A stretch of 64,000 nucleotides of DNA from the human T2T-CHM13v2.0 reference genome, Homo sapiens (GCA_009914755.4 CP086569.2:7520001-7584000); one strand, 5' to 3'; shown: positions 43,081 to 59,000, numbered from the stretch's first letter. The notes: generated by a model from the sequence alone, not told the origin. Translations and numbers: made by a program.

Positions 43081-44935
43081 CCTAGAGTTAAATGTAAAAA
43101 AATGGAGTGATAATTCTGTCTAAGCCAGAATATAGAGGGGGAAGACTAATACCATGTTTTGTTAATCTAAATGAAAAGACTACAGGACATTTTAGGTTTC
43201 AATATCTGTTCTGAATACCCTTAACATGTGTCAGCCATTCCATAGGCTTACCATCTGCCCTCCTTAGTAAATGTTCAAATGTAGAAACATAAATGTTCAA
43301 ATGTAGAAACATAAACCAAAAAAAATACAAGTTTTTTATTCAATTATGCACTCTTCCTGTGAACAATTAATGTCATTTCTTTACTACAGCTATTGTTAAT
43401 TTTTCACCTGAGACAACAGGCTAATTTCAGAAAGAATATTTATTTCTAATTATGTAGCTTCTATTACATAGCTAATTTTGTTTTTTTTTACTTCATGTAT
43501 ATGCCAAAAAGACTGTATGACTTATAAAACATTCAACTATTCACTTGAATGAATTGGTCCTTTACATTTAATAAACTCATTTATATAAATTTTATAAAAT
43601 AAAATGAATTATAACTAACCAAAAAATGGATTAATAGGATTTTTAATTGAAACAACTTATAAAATGTACTAAATAAATAACATACAGTAATACACTGTGA
43701 AATTACTCATATATGAAAATTATTTTGTGAACACCATTAAATTTTATCAAAGCTATTTTCATAATCTGCGAGGAAATTATACAAATAATGTTTTATAAAA
43801 TTAAACAAACACCAAATTGTGTATTATATTTATGGGTAACAACATGCAAACTGATATAAAAAAAGAATTTGCACAAGATGTTTCTAAGCCAGCAGCAATG
43901 ACATTTTAGATAAATAAATTTAATACAAAGCAGAGAAAATAAATTTGCTTTCAAAATCTTTGAAGATTTTGGTTTGCTGATAATTTAGTGCTCGTAAAAT
44001 TGTTTCATTATAATATTTTTCTTGTAAAATTAGGTACACGATCATAAAAAATATGATTATTCTTTATAAATCTGTTACACCTAAAGTTCATTTTACAGTG
44101 ATAGATTTGTATATTTAAATCCATGTAAACCAAAACTGAAGATGTGTATATGTTTAGCAGACCAGAGAAGTTGTATTTCCAAAAAAAAGTGGGATAAAAT
44201 TTTGTAAATAGTTGTTCAGAATCCCAAAACATATATTTCCATTATATTCATAATCTTCATTGCAACCATCATAATAATCTGTAGTTACAAGAAAAACAAA
44301 AATGTAAGTGGTAGAAACCATATTCTCCACATTATTTTCAGTTAAAGACCACAACAAAGTAATCACTAGAGATGTTATTCCACTGTCACCCAATAGTACA
44401 TTGTTACCATCTGTTACCTACAACCTTGTGTAAAATGGGATAAGTTAACATCAGTGGCAAGATACACATTCAATGTTAAATAGCCTTAATACAATAATAA
44501 CAATTTTGATTTATTACAACAAATTAAGTTCACACTTGTCATTAAAAAGGACTTTTTAAATTAACTGTATTTTAATTACCTTAATTTGCAAATGGTAAAG
44601 CAATTTCCTTCTAAAATTCGTATTGTTTCTCTTACTGTGTATAATATTAACGTGATCACTTAACAGACTCCTGTCATCCTGACACTTATAATACTGCTGC
44701 AAACCAACCACTAAGTGACATTTCTACTTAGATTTTCTTCATGTATCTTAGATTTCACTTTCCTTAATCTTCCATAGAAAAGAATGTAAATTTATCTATA
44801 TAATATAGAAAACCTCTCATAACTCTGGTACAGCAATCATTGAACATGTTCTTTCATGTAAATTCTATAAATGAAGAGATCATCAAATGTATGAGTTAAA
44901 TTACATCAATAATTGCTTTAAAAATTACATTATAT

Positions 44936-45222
<287 letters not shown>

Positions 45223-45849
45223 GACCTAATTTCTTTTAAAATAGTTAATTAGGTTTCTTTTAGAGAAAAGTAATCAAGATTGCCAACTAGAAACTTCTAG
45301 ACCCTGTTGTTCTCACAGAGAGAAATGCGAAATGTTCAGAAATACAGCACATTCAACTGAAACATCCAGGTACTTACGTTGGGATCAATCAAAGAAACAA
45401 TTTATCTAATGGAAAATGGAACAAAACAAGGCAAGAAAATGGGCCACCCAGGAAAAACATGAAGCCAAGGGAAATTCCCCACCCAGTAAATCAGTAATTG
45501 CTTATGTGGCCCTAACAACCTGTGATTCTCTCACAGATCTTTGCAGCCCTCAGGTAACGAGATACCCTCATGAACCCACTTCATCATAGCCTTCCATTTA
45601 ACACACAGAGTTACATAAAGTCTCAGAAGATCAGCCACTCAGGCTAGTGCAGAGATTCAAGAGTCTTAGATAATCTGTCTTTCAAGCCTTCCCAGAAAAA
45701 TTAGCTGCAACTCCAGCAAAGCAGGAGGTTAAATGCTTTTCCATACCCACAGGAAAGAGGCAGAATCCATGGTGCTGAGCAGTGATGGTCTGTAGAACTC
45801 ACTTCCACAATTCCTCACAGGGTAAGACCTACTGGCTTAGAATTCCAGC

Positions 45850-48800
45850 CAACCATTGAAACAGAATTTCACCTTCTTGTGATAGAGCTACACCAGAAAG
45901 AAAATTGGGCCGCCATCTTTGTTGCTTGTGCAAGTTAGCCATTTCAGCCTTCAGGCTGAGAAGAGCCCAAGCCAACTGGGAACAGAAAGAATCTCCTACC
46001 ATGGTACAGGTGCTCTAAAAAGACATGGTCAGACTGCCTGTTAAAGCAGGTCTGCAATCTCATTCCTCCTCACTGGAAAGTGCTTTCCAACCAGCGTGTC
46101 CAGCTACCGCCACTTGTGCTATTTTGTAGATGGAATTTTGAAACATATTTGGGATGTAGTTCCTGGAGGGAAGAGTGAGCTGCCACATTTGCTGTTTGTG
46201 TGACTTAGCTGTTCCAGCCATCTGGCTTTTGAGAATCCAAATAAACTGAGTGTAAAAGTGGTACCTCTGTCCAGCAAAGCTGTCCTACAAAAATGTGGCT
46301 AAACTGCTTTTTAAGTGGGTCCCCAATCACATTATCCTCACTGCCTAAACCTTTCAACAGAGGTTTTTAGCTACCTCCTATATGTGCTTTTGTCCTGGAA
46401 ACAGGTCTATACCTCCCTGGGATAGAGTGCCCAGAGAAAAGGGCATGCTGCCATTGTTGCTGCTTTGCAGCATTTACTGTTGATAACTTCAGGTACTGGA
46501 AAATCTGAGGTGACTAGAAACTGTAGTGGACACTCAGCATCCTGCAGCAGCCCTTCAGAAAGTAGTCAGACTGTTACATAAGCAGCTGTTCTCATGTATT
46601 CTCACTGGGAAGATTCTCCAGGACTGGGCCACTAATGAATCATTGCCAGAGCTATTGAACCAGTAGAAAATTAGCAATTCCCTGGACAGGGGCTCCAGCA
46701 CCAACTGAATATATTTCTGCCACTGCTTCTGCAGTAGATCTGTCCTTGCTTCCCTCAGGTTAATGAAAAATCCAAAAATCTAAGTGCTTTATTCACAATT
46801 TAAACAAGCTGCAGTTTACCCAAGGAGAGGAGGCCAGTCCATCCTCCATGGGTTCCACACACTACTCACAGCTGCTCACCAGAAGTGAACCTCTAACTTG
46901 GCCAAAAGCACAGATCCTCCATCCTGGGCTGACTGCACTGAGGGATTGCTGACCTACATCCCTCGGAGATTCAGCCCCCAGAAGAGAAGCAAAGAAGTGG
47001 GGCAGCAAGCCAGCTTATGTGGTGTCCAGTGGGTTTGGCACAAGAGCATCTGTATTAAAGTGTGGCCAGTGGTGGCCATTTCTCTAGGCTAAACTTTCTC
47101 TCATAAAAGGCTTTAGCCCTAGAGAACCTGTTGGACCTAACTTCTGCAGGATGTTTTTACAAATGAGAAGAAACTGCTCCAAGTGAGAACTTTTAAGTCT
47201 GCTCAGCTCTCCCAGGATCCCAGTCTGGCTGCAGCTGCTTACAGTGTAGTCTCAGCTCCCCTAGAAGAGTAGTTTACCATACCATAGCATCTGCATTGGT
47301 GGGCCATGCCTCAGCCCTATGTGCTCCAGCAAGGCAGCCCCTATGACTGCACCAGCCCACATTTATACTCCCCATATGCAGCTTCTCCAGAGACCATAGC
47401 AACTCCTGATATTACTTTGGTGGCACATGTCTGCAAAGGTGGGTTTCGCTTTCCTTGCCCCACCAGCAAATGAGAATGCAGTATGCCCCTGCCATCCACA
47501 GCAGCTGCCATTATAGATGAAGTTTGGTGGGCAGAAAGCCACAACTCTGCCTTTGTGCTAACACTGTGAAGAGAAATGTGTATTCTCCCACACTCTGAAC
47601 CATCACTGTGTTATTGGTGGGGCACAAAGAAGGCATCACAACATTTGTTGGCCAGCATGCTGCCCCAAGCTAACATCACCATTAGTGCAACAGCACACAC
47701 AGTCTCCAGAAGGTAACTTCCAGTTCCCCTTCCAGCTTCTTTGCTCCTGCCAGTAAGGTAAATGCCCAAAGACAGGCAGAAAACCCATATCCACTAGCAC
47801 TTTGCTGCAGCTGTGGCAGGTTAGTCATACAGAGTAATGGACTCCAAATATCAAGGAGCCACAGAAGACAGTTGGAAAAAAATACAACTGCCCAAGAGCA
47901 TGCAGCCTCTGAGTTGTGAGCTGAGCATTGCCAAACACACCACCAAAAAACAAACAAACAAAAATATTCCAGGAACAAAGGCTGTTGGCTTAATCCACCT
48001 TATACCACAGTCAAATATTACAGACAATTGAATAGGATCAAAAAAAGAATACTCCATTCAAAGATCAGCAACCTCAAAGTTATGCCCACAAAGATTAGGC
48101 AAAAATCACTGCAAAAATGTTGAAAACAAAAAAAGCCACAGTGACTTCTTTTATGCAAATGACCAAAATTACATAATTTGGTCAAGATGACAGAAGGCCA
48201 AAGATGACAGAAGGAGAATTCAGAATTTGGATAGAAATAAACTTTATTGAGCTACAAATGTAAGTTGTAACACAATGCAATGAAGGGAAAAAATTGCAGG
48301 AACTGCTAGAAAAAGCAGCCAATCAGGAGGAAGATGTGGTCAACTGGATAGAGCTAAAACACAAAATACAAAAACTTTATAATGTAATCACAAGTATTAA
48401 CAGAAAAATGGGCCATGTAGTGAAAAGAATCTCAAAGCTTCAAGACTGGCTTTCTGAGATAAAACAGAGAAAAATAGTGAGAGAAAATAAAGATGAATGA
48501 ACAAAGTCTCTAAGAAATGCAAGATTATGTAATGAAACCAAATCTATGATTAAAAAGAGTGCCTGAAAGTGAGGGGGAGAATGAAAACAACTGGAAATAC
48601 ATATTTCCAGATATTATCCAACAACAAATCTTTCAGCTGAAATCCTACAAATCAAAAGAGACTTGGGGCCAATATTCAACATTCTTAAAAAAAAAAAGAA
48701 TTCCAAACCAGAATTTTATATCTTACCAAAGTAAGCTTCAAAATAAATAATAAATATAATCGTATTTGGATAAACAACAGCTGAGGAAATCTATTACCAC

Positions 48801-49285
48801 AAGACCTGTCCTACAAGAGCTTCCGAAAAAAGCATTAAATAAGAGACTATTAGCAGTCACTACAAAAAAAAATACACTAAAGTACATAAATAGCTAGCAC
48901 TTTAAAGCAACTACATAAATGTGCAAAATAACCAGTTAAGATCATAGTGACAGAATCAAATCCACACTCATAAATAGTAATGCTAAATGTAAATGGGCTA
49001 AATGCCCCAATTGAAAAACAGTTGAATGCAGGTTTAATATTTAATGGTATGTTGTAATCTAGACACCCATCTAAAATAAGTTCAAAATACAGGGAAAAAG
49101 AACATTCTACCAAGCAAATAGAAAGCAGAAAAAAAGCAGGGGTTACAATTATAGTTTCTTGTACAACAGGCTTTTAGTTAACATGGATTAAAAAAAGACA
49201 AAAAAGAATATTCCATAAGAGTAAAGTGCTATATATACATCCAATGCAAAAGCATCCAGATTATAAAGCAAGTTCTCAGATACCC
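45850..49285 (+). mobile_element. Older-subfamily L1: 5' portion comprising a 5' UTR with tandem subunits of about 270 bp, ORF1 with an internal deletion, and the start of ORF2 (endonuclease domain); 3'-truncated
   Basis: ORF 48294-48500(+) is a coiled-coil segment like L1 ORF1. 48560-48760 reads gvpes.genen...(deletion)...dlgpifnilkkk.fqtrilyltkvsf, matching the ORF1 C-terminus. 48940-49280 matches the ORF2 N-terminus (snphs.ivmlnvnglnapieKQ...YQANRKQKKAGVTI...). Three diverged tandem subunits with ...gccatctttgttgcttgtg / ctgccacatttgctgtttgtg / ctgccattgttgctgctttg lie upstream. The 5' boundary is uncertain and may extend to about 45240. Confidence 0.65.
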
Positions 49286-49399
49286 TCCAAGATGTCAAAT
49301 TAAATGGTCTTAAACAGTCATTACCTTTATATTGCATTTGTTCAGTGTTAAATCTCTGTTGCTGAACACAATGTGCGGACTTGTTAAAGGTCCACTTTT

Positions 49400-50125
<726 letters not shown>

Positions 50126-50685
50126 GAAGACAAAAGAAAAAAATTTCTCCCTCATTAGACTCAGGTGAGTACATTTTACAAACATGTAATTATACAAACC
50201 ACATTAACAAAGTGACAATAGAATACCATAGTCCCTAATTCCTTTACAGACATATAAATTTAACAGTAATATACTTACCAAAATGCCTTTGTGAGAAGTC
50301 TAAGAATCAGTTAAGCATTTGCAGCACCCCAAGTGAGTAAAATGCCAAGAAACATATAGAAGTGTAACAAAACTATTTCATATTTACACACCACGGACAT
50401 TTTTTATCCTATGAAAAATGTAGAGACTGATAACTCCTATCTTACCCTCCAAAAATAAATAAACTGGTGGCACTTATGTCCATGCTTCTGGCTTTCTGAG
50501 ACCTTATCAAAGACTAATTTGTATATTCACAACAGTGTTTAAAGGAAAGGTGGTAAACTTTGACAGTTTTGGGCAGTTGTGACTAAAGACAAAAGACCAT
50601 CAAAAGAAAAAATCTTCAGTGTCATAGACAGACAATGGGCATCCAGCTGACTGCAGGATCTCAATGAGAAATATGGGGAATTACT

Positions 50686-50990
50686 GGGAGCGTTGATTCA
50701 CACCTGTAATTCCAGCACTTTGGAGGCTGAGGAGGGTGGATCAACTGAGGTCAAAAGTTCAAGACCAGCTAGGTCAACATGGTGAAACCCTGTCTCTACT
50801 GAAAATACAAAAGTTAGCCACAGCAGAAACCAGTAATCCAAGCTCTTAAGTAGGCAGAGGCAGGAGAATTGCTTGAATCTGGGATGTGGAGGTTGCAGTC
50901 AGCCAAGTTTATGCCATTGCACTCCAGCCTGGGCAACAACAGTGAAACTCCAACTCAAAAATAAAAAATAAAAATAAAGGAAAGAAGAAA
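50686..50990 (+). mobile_element. Alu element, plus strand
   Basis: gggagcgttgattcacacctgtaattccagcactttggaggctgaggagggtggatcaactgaggtcaaaagttcaagaccagc... to ...gcactccagcctgggcaacaacagtgaaactccaactcaaaaataaaaaataaaaataaa. Confidence 0.9.
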
Positions 50991-50999
50991 ACAAGAAAA

Positions 51000-52342
51000 A
51001 AACATGAGGAAATCTTTTTAACAAACAAACAACAAAAAACAGAGAAAGCATCCAAAGAACAGGCTTGAGAGACTCCAAGAACCTCTAGCCTAATAAATTG
51101 GTATCATATTCCCCCAGACAAAGCCACTTAATGGAGATTTTGAAATGTTGTTTTTTATTATACGAATTGCAACCTAAGATAACAACATATACAAAACATC
51201 AAGATAATATGGCTCAAAGATAAACATGAATATCCAGAAATCAACTATAAGAAAATAGAGATGTAAAAATTACCAGAGGCAATTTGGATTAAATTCTAGG
51301 TTTATTTTTAAAAAGAAATAAATAAATTATGCTAAAATTTAAAATCGCCATCTCAATGATGTTAATCAGTAAAATGGAAATAAAGAAAAAAATAAAAAAA
51401 GAAAAGAAACCAACAAAAAGATTAAAATCCCAAAATAAATAAAAATTGTGGAGTAGAAGTACAAAAACAGGCTAATATGAACTTCAACATTAGTAAAAAA
51501 ATTTAAGAAAATCAAGAAGCTCAGCTAATTTTAACTAAGGTTAACAGAAAGATATTTCTAATGGACAAAATATAAGCAAAGTTGTGAAAGTCACAGACAA
51601 GAAGATAATCTGGAATTCAGGAAGAAAAAATAGATGTGTATGTATGCTTCTGCAAGATTACTACAAATTTATGAACGTCAATCTTTTGGGCATGAAGGGT
51701 ATAAGACGATGTAGTTAAAACACTGAAAAAAAAAAAAGCCTAAGCAGGAATACTATAGCCTCCAAAAGTAGCCATCCAATGAAAAAACAAATCTGACTAT
51801 ACCATAATCTGTATCAAGAACTAACTATTTAGAACAGGTAACTATTTATTAAGTTGAAAGCTATTATATTTTCTATAATTATTTTAAGTCAAAATTCACA
51901 ATAGACAAAGTAAGACATTCAAATATAGTAAGAGGTTTAATTCACTGAATACCTATAAAGACAGTTCTTCCAAACACATAAACCAACATTGACAGAATTG
52001 AATGAAAAATAGGCAGCAATATAATAATGGATGTATACATCAATATCTTACTTTCAGTAATAAATAAAGCAAGACAGAATATCAATAAGGGAACAAAAAA
52101 CTGGAATGCACTATACAATAATTACACCTAACAAATGTATGCAGACAACAGAATAGACATTCTTTTCAATAGCTCATAAAACATTTTCCTAGATGGATGA
52201 TCTGTGACACCAGAGATGAAGCCTTAATAATTTTTAGTAGAAATTTTACAGAAAATTATTTATAGCCCAGGTTGAATGAAACTAGAATTCAATAACAAAA
52301 GAAGAGCAGAAAAACCCCAAAAATATAAAAAATAAGCAACAG
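51000..52342 (+). mobile_element. Old L1 (L1M-like) ORF2 fragment, sense orientation
   Basis: A-rich coding-like sequence. The plus-frame translation at 52040-52200 (...NKTEYQ*GNKKLECTIQ...NRHSFQ*LIKHFPRWMICD...) resembles the L1 ORF2 segment TEYTFFSSAHGTFSKIDHMLGHK. Highly degraded. Confidence 0.45.
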
Positions 52343-52667
52343 TTTGTTTATTTTTTATTTATTTATTTATTTATTATTTATTTATCTTTTGATGGAGTAT
52401 CACTCTGAAGCTAGGCTAGAGTCCAGTGGCACAATCTCAGCTCCACTGCAATCTTCACCTTTTGTGTTCAAGTGATTCTCCTGATTCAGCCTCCAGAGTA
52501 GCTGTGACTACAGGAATGCAACAACAAGCCCAGAACTTTTTTTTTATTTTAGTAGAGATGGGGTTTCATTATGTTGTCCAGGACCACCTGTATCTCCTGA
52601 TCTTTCTATGCATGCTACTCAGCCTCCAAAAGTGCTGGGTTTACAGGCATGAGCCACTGCACACAGC
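52343..52667 (-). mobile_element. Alu element inserted into the old L1
   Basis: T-rich tail (tttgtttattttttatttatttatttatttattatttatttatctttt) then gatggagtatcactctgaagctaggctagagtccagtggcacaatctcagct... to ...ggcatgagccactgcacacagcc. Confidence 0.9.
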
Positions 52668-52689
52668 CAACAGCACACTTTTAAGCATG

Positions 52690-53010
52690 CTGTTTTTCTA
52701 GGGTTGGAAGATAAAATATTGTGAAGATGTCCATGCTACTCAAAGTGACACAAACCCACAACACACCCTTTTTCAATTTTTAATTTTACTTTTCCAAAAT
52801 AGAAAAAACCCACAAAATTACATAAGATTCCAAGAAACCATGAAAAGTCCAACAATCTTAAAAAAAAAGAAAAAGAAAAATATTGGAAGCATTACATATA
52901 ACAATTTCCAAACACTAAGCAAACCTACAGTAACAAAGGACTTTGCTACCAGTATAAAGGTAGAACACCAAAGTAATGAAATAAAATGCAGCACAGATAT
53001 AAACTCTTGA
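52690..53010 (+). mobile_element. Old L1 ORF2 fragment (probable continuation of 51000-52342), truncated at the start of satellite array 2
   Basis: The plus-frame translation (...ILKKKEKEKYWKHY...QTYSNKGLCYQYKGRTPK.WNKMQHRYKLLNRQ) resembles the L1 ORF2 region ...[45 protein letters not shown]. Confidence 0.4.
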
Positions 53011-53011
53011 A

Positions 53012-56000
53012 TAGACAGGAGAGACATCATACCACCTAGGTTTTTCATTCAGCCATATGTCACAATTCCTTCAATAAGCAAGACCCAGGCAGGAGATCAG
53101 AGTTACATTACGTAGATGCTAGTTTCAGTGATATTTCAAAATGTCCTCTGGGTGAAGGACACAGGCTGCAGAGACATATCACCTACCTGAAAGGCCCAGA
53201 AATATGTAATAGTACCCCCTATTGACAGGGCCCAGGCAAAAGAGTCATGTTATTATGATTCTGACCCATCAATATGTAACAATGAACCCATGGGAAGGAA
53301 TATGAGCCAAAAAGTCTCAACACCTGGGTACTAGGATGAGTCATATGATCCGATCTCCACATCTTTGAGTGTGACAGCTTTAACTTTTACCTGAGAAAGT
53401 ATATTACAGTCACAGTCTTATATGTGTTGCAGGACAATATATAACACTGTCTACAGGAGATGAGGGTTTTATAAACCTGTATGAGAGTTGCAAAGTTCTC
53501 TGAGGTCTACATGCTCCTATGGACTCACAATCTTACATATTGCTCCAAACTCAGGTCTAATAGTCAACATCTTTCCTATAGGCAGGGTTAAGAAAAAAAT
53601 CCATTATTATGCCAATGAGCTGGATCCACAAATGAGTTACCATCCCAATTCTTGTCGGATTAACATATAAAAGTCAAACCTCCAACTTTGTGCTGTATTC
53701 CTTTGTTAGACTCAGGACCTCAACATTGGGCATTATAAATATTGGATGGTGACAATTTTAATTTCACCTAGGTATGTAAACATGAGTCTCAATCTGAACT
53801 TTTTGCTGGGCCCTGTTAGGAAACACTCTACCACCAAGGAGTTTGAAAAATATAAGTCAGTGTTGTAAGCTTCTGTAACATTGGTAGAAATATGTAACAG
53901 AGGACCTTACCTATTGCTCTAAACCTAATGATGTGAGATAAGATATCTCCTATTGGCTGAATCCCAACATAAATTTGATCATCTATGCCTGTCAACTAAA
54001 GCAAGGTGTATGTATTAATCCCATATGTGGGCAAATAACTAGGCAGGAGGGAAATATCTCTTATATGCTGTGCCAGCCAATATGTCAAAATACCTTTTCT
54101 AGGCAGGGTATAGGATATAAGGTCACATTAACTGGGTGCTGGACCCAGTAATATGACCCTATTCCACATGTGGAAAATACCCAGCCAAGTTATGAGAGCC
54201 AAAACATCGACATAATGGGCTGAAGCTATGTCAAAATACCTTCAGTGGCTCCAACACAGGCCGAAAAGTCATATCATAAGGATGCTGGTCTTAGCAATAT
54301 GCAATATGCCATAATTTCTTCTTTATGGAAAACACAGGCAGGAGAGTAACATCATCAGGATGTTGGTCCGTGCAATTGGTCAAAATTCCTTTTTTGTGGG
54401 CATGTTCAGAAACAAGAGGAGAGTTACATATTCTGAGTGCTGGGATCAGCTATGTGCCAAAATCTTCTTATTGTGAAGGCCCAGTCAAAAAATAGAGTCA
54501 TATCTTCATACTATGGGCTCAGAAATATGTCCAAATGTTTCCATTAGGTAGGTCTCATTGAGATGAGGAAAGTCATATCCTAGGTGCTTCCCTTCATATA
54601 TGAACAAAGTAACATGTTTGCAGAAATCATGAAGAAGAACCACATCACTTGGGTGCTGGGTCCTGAGATATGTCACAAGGCCTTCTTAGAATATCATCAA
54701 GCACAGAGGGTAACATAAACTATGTGCAGATTCTCTGTTTATTCCACAATGTTCCATGAGTGTAGGTCCCAGAGAGGGAGTCATTTCAGTCAGGTGACAG
54801 CCCAAGAGACATGTTACAATGTCCTCTGTGAAGCATAGACCTGGCTAAAGAGTACCCTCACCTGTATGCCTGGCCTAGAAATATGTCACTCTTAAGGTTG
54901 GCAGGGCCCAAGCAGGAGAACCACATAACCTAGGTGATGGGCCCAGATATATGTCATAATGTCCTGCTTTCAGGTTGGCTCTGGCAAAAGAGTATCCTCA
55001 CATGCTTGATTGGCCTTGCTATATGCCGCTATCCTTCCTTTGTGCAGGGCCCACTCCAGAGATGAGAGTTACATCACCTATGAGGTGGACACAGAAACAT
55101 GACACAGTAATTTTGATGGACATGGCACTGGCAAGAATGTAACATCACCAAGCTGCTAGATCCAGTGATATGTCGCAACCCTCACTGAGAGAGCACCCAG
55201 GTAGGAGAGTCACATCCCCTCGAGGTTGAACTAGGTAGATATCACAATTTCATATATAAACTCGGACCTTTCTGCAAAGTAAAACTACACAGGTGCTTGG
55301 CAAATATGTGTATCAAAATAACACTGTCAGAAAATGTCAAAGGGGAGATTTACAATACCGCTCATGTTCTGTTTTATATGTGACAGTTGGCTTCATCCAT
55401 GTGAAATGATGACTGTTCTGTCAGCTGGGTTTTCATACAAGACTCACAATTTTGCCTGTGTGCTGAGTGCTACGTTAGCTCTGCTTATATAACCCAAATA
55501 CTTTTTAAAGTATGTGTGAGTGTTGTAATCTTTTGTGACCTTTGTACAAGAAAGTGATCCATGACATCACACATGTCACTACACCTAGTTATAAGAGCCT
55601 AAATATTCTCTATTTGCTGAGTCCACATATAAAAGTCATTATCATTCCTGTGAGCCCTGCCTAGGTATATGTTGCAATTCCATCTTGGTTATAAAGCAGG
55701 CAGAACAGCCTCATCACCTAAATTCTGGGCCTAAAATATTTCAATATTCTCTTTGTAGGCAGGGTCTTGTCAGAAATGTCACATAAGTTTTGTGCTAGGG
55801 CCAGGTCTGTGGCACAATGACCCTTGTGGGCAGTGTCTGGGCAGAAAAGGAGAGTAATATCACCTAAATGATGGGCTGACATATATGTCAAAATGCTGCC
55901 TGTTGACAGAGCCCAGGAAAGAGAGTCATATAATTTGGATGCAGTGTTTAGAAATGTTACAATTATCAAAGGAAGCAGGGTACAGGCAGGAGAGGAATCA

Positions 56001-59000
56001 TGTAACCTAGATGGTGTGTTCAGAAATATGTTACAATGTCCCCTGAAGACATTGTTAAGATAACACAATAAAATCACCAAGTTACTTGGTCAGGTATTTG
56101 TCAAAATCTCATTTGTGGGCTATACCTAGGGAGAATTATTAAATCTATCCAGAGCTGGGCAAAGATATGTGTCACAATTTCACTTGTGGAAAGATTTAAG
56201 AATTAGAGTCACCATCCTGCACATGTCCTGGCTCTAGGCATATGAGTTGTTCTTAGGCTTTTGTTTTGGTCTCAGTTGTATGGCATAATATCACCTGTGG
56301 CCAGAGATAAGGCAAGAAACTCATATAATCTACATGGGTGAGGGTCCAGTGAGATGTTACAATCCACCTGGTGGGCAAAGCCCTTGCAGAAGAGTCACAT
56401 CACTTGGATGCTGGTTTCAGCGATACGTAAAAACCATTCTCTGAGGTAAGGACTTTGGCATGAGAGGAGACCCACTTCATCTAGGCAATTGGCCTAGATA
56501 TATGTCACAATGACCATTAACTGCAGGAATAAGGCTAAAGAATGACCTCACCTTGGTGCTGTGCCCAGCAGTATGTCACATGCTCCCTGAGGTCAGGGCA
56601 CAATGAAAAGTAAAGAAACATCACCTTGGTACTGAGAGAAGTTATAGGTTACAATGCTTCCTATTGGCAACCCCCCAACCAAAAAAAAAATCACATCTCC
56701 TGGGTGCACTACCCTGTTATGTGTCACAATGCTCTGTAACTGCAGGGCCAAGACAGTAGAAGGGAGTCACATAATTTATGTGATGGACCTAAATATAACA
56801 CACAATTCTCTTTGTAGGCAGTTTTCAGGTGGGTAAATCACATCACCTGGGTGATGGTCCCAGTGATATATAAAACTGCACTTTGTAGGCAGAACAAAGT
56901 ATGATGTTATGTATTGATTTGGGGCTTTTTCCACATATGGCACAATTTCATCTGTGGTTTGGGCCTAGAAAAGTTCATCAAACTACCCATGTCCTGGGCA
57001 GAGTTACCTGACCCACTCACACTTTCAGAAAGGTTCAGAAATAATTTTCAGTCCACACAAATCCTAGCTTCAGGTATGAGAATCAACACCTTCTGTGAGT
57101 TGGGTCAAAGTACAGGACTCACAATCAACAATGGGAAGGTCAGTGTGTAAGAACTCCAATCCCACTTGAAGATTGTGTTCCAATAAGAGAGACACAACAC
57201 CACAGTTCTGCTTAATCATGGTTCAAACATCATCAAACACCTGCGGATCAGATTTATATATGAGAGTAACAATTTCAAGCTTTGATGGCCTATGTGAGTG
57301 AGATTTAGTATCACATTGGTAGGATCTGTTTATGTGTGAAAAAAAACAATTGTGTCAGCTGGGTGTGCATCCAAGACACCCTGGCTTCTGGTGCCTGTTA
57401 TGAGACACTTTGGACCACTCAGGCTTTATATGATATGCCTCAGTGGGATACTTTTCTGTGTATTCTTACAGGTTGGTGATATAGGACTTTTCTCATGGCT
57501 GTAAGACTAGATATGAGAGTTGAAATACCTTCCCAGGCTGGCAGTAGTTTTGAGAGTTATTATTATGCACATAAGCTGAATCCAGGTATATGTCACAAGC
57601 TCACCTTTGGACAGAGACAAGACAGAAGAGTCCTACCATCTGGGCTCTGATCCAGGGATACATTTTAATCTACTTCATAGGCAGGATCCAGTCCAAAGAG
57701 TCATGTCACCTGGGTACAGTCTTAAGTAATATGTCATTATGCCCACTGTAAATACAGGGTTGAAAAAGTAGTGGATAATCACATTCTCTTGGGATTGGCC
57801 TCAGTAATATGTTATAATTTCCTCTATTGGCAGAGTCCAGGACAAAGAGGAGGGTCACATCACCTAGATTTTACACTCAGTCATATGTCACAATTTATTC
57901 AGTGGGCAGGATCCTGCAGGAGAGGAGATTCACATTACCTAGATTCTTCATCTAGCGATATGTCACAGTGTCCTCTTTGGGCAGGGCACTGGCAGGAGAG
58001 ATACACAACCTAGCTGATAGGCCTAAAGATATGTGATAATATCCCCTGCTGTCAGGGTTCAAGCAAAAGGGTTTCATTATTGTAATTCAAACCCAGGGAT
58101 ATTTTACAATACAACCATTGAAAAGAATTTAAGCCAAAAATTCTCAACACCTGGAGGTACTAGTCCTAGTGACATGGAACAATCTCTTTATGTATTAGGG
58201 TGACAACTTTGAATCTTTACTTGGTGAGTATATAAGAGTCACAATCTCATATGTGTTCTGGCTGATCCCATGACACACTCTACAACATACAAAGGCTTTA
58301 AGCAACATGCATGAGAGTTGCAATCCATTCTGAGGACTACATGCTCCTATTGACTCACAAAGATATGTATTGCTTTAAACTTGGTTATGATAATCAACAT
58401 CCCTTTTACAGGTTATGTTCAGACAGGAGACCCATTATTATGCCTGTGATTTGGGTCCAGAAGTAAGTCACCATCTCACCTGTAGCAAGAGCCATATGTG
58501 AAATTCACAAATCTATCTTTGTACTTTATTTGCTTGTTAAACTCAGTGCTTCAACAGTGGGCTTTGTGAATGTGGGATGTTGACAACTTTTGCTCTCACC
58601 TTCATGTGTAATCAAGAGTCACAATCTTAACTTTTGCTGGGCCCTGTTATAAAACTCTGTGTACCAAGCAAGGAGTTTAGTGTTGTAACATTCTGTGAAC
58701 TTTCTACAAACTTGCACCTCATAAACTTACCTGTTGTTTTAAGTGTAGCAATGAAAGGCAAAACATATAGTATTGGTGAAATTCCAATTTCAGTTCGATC
58801 ATGATGCTTCTGAATTGAAGCAATGTAAATTTCATAACACCATTTGTAGAAAACAAAAAACTTTTCAGAAAGGTAGAAAACTGACGTGCTGTGTCAAGAA
58901 ACATGTCACAATGTCCCCTCCATGCAGGGTCTAGTAATTGGGTTATGATAACTGGGTGCTGGACTCAGTGGAATGACACAACTCTAAACATAGAAAATGT

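Noticed and set aside
48294-48500. 68-aa coiled-coil ORF
   Set aside because: A fragment of L1 ORF1 inside a deleted, truncated L1. Not an independent gene.
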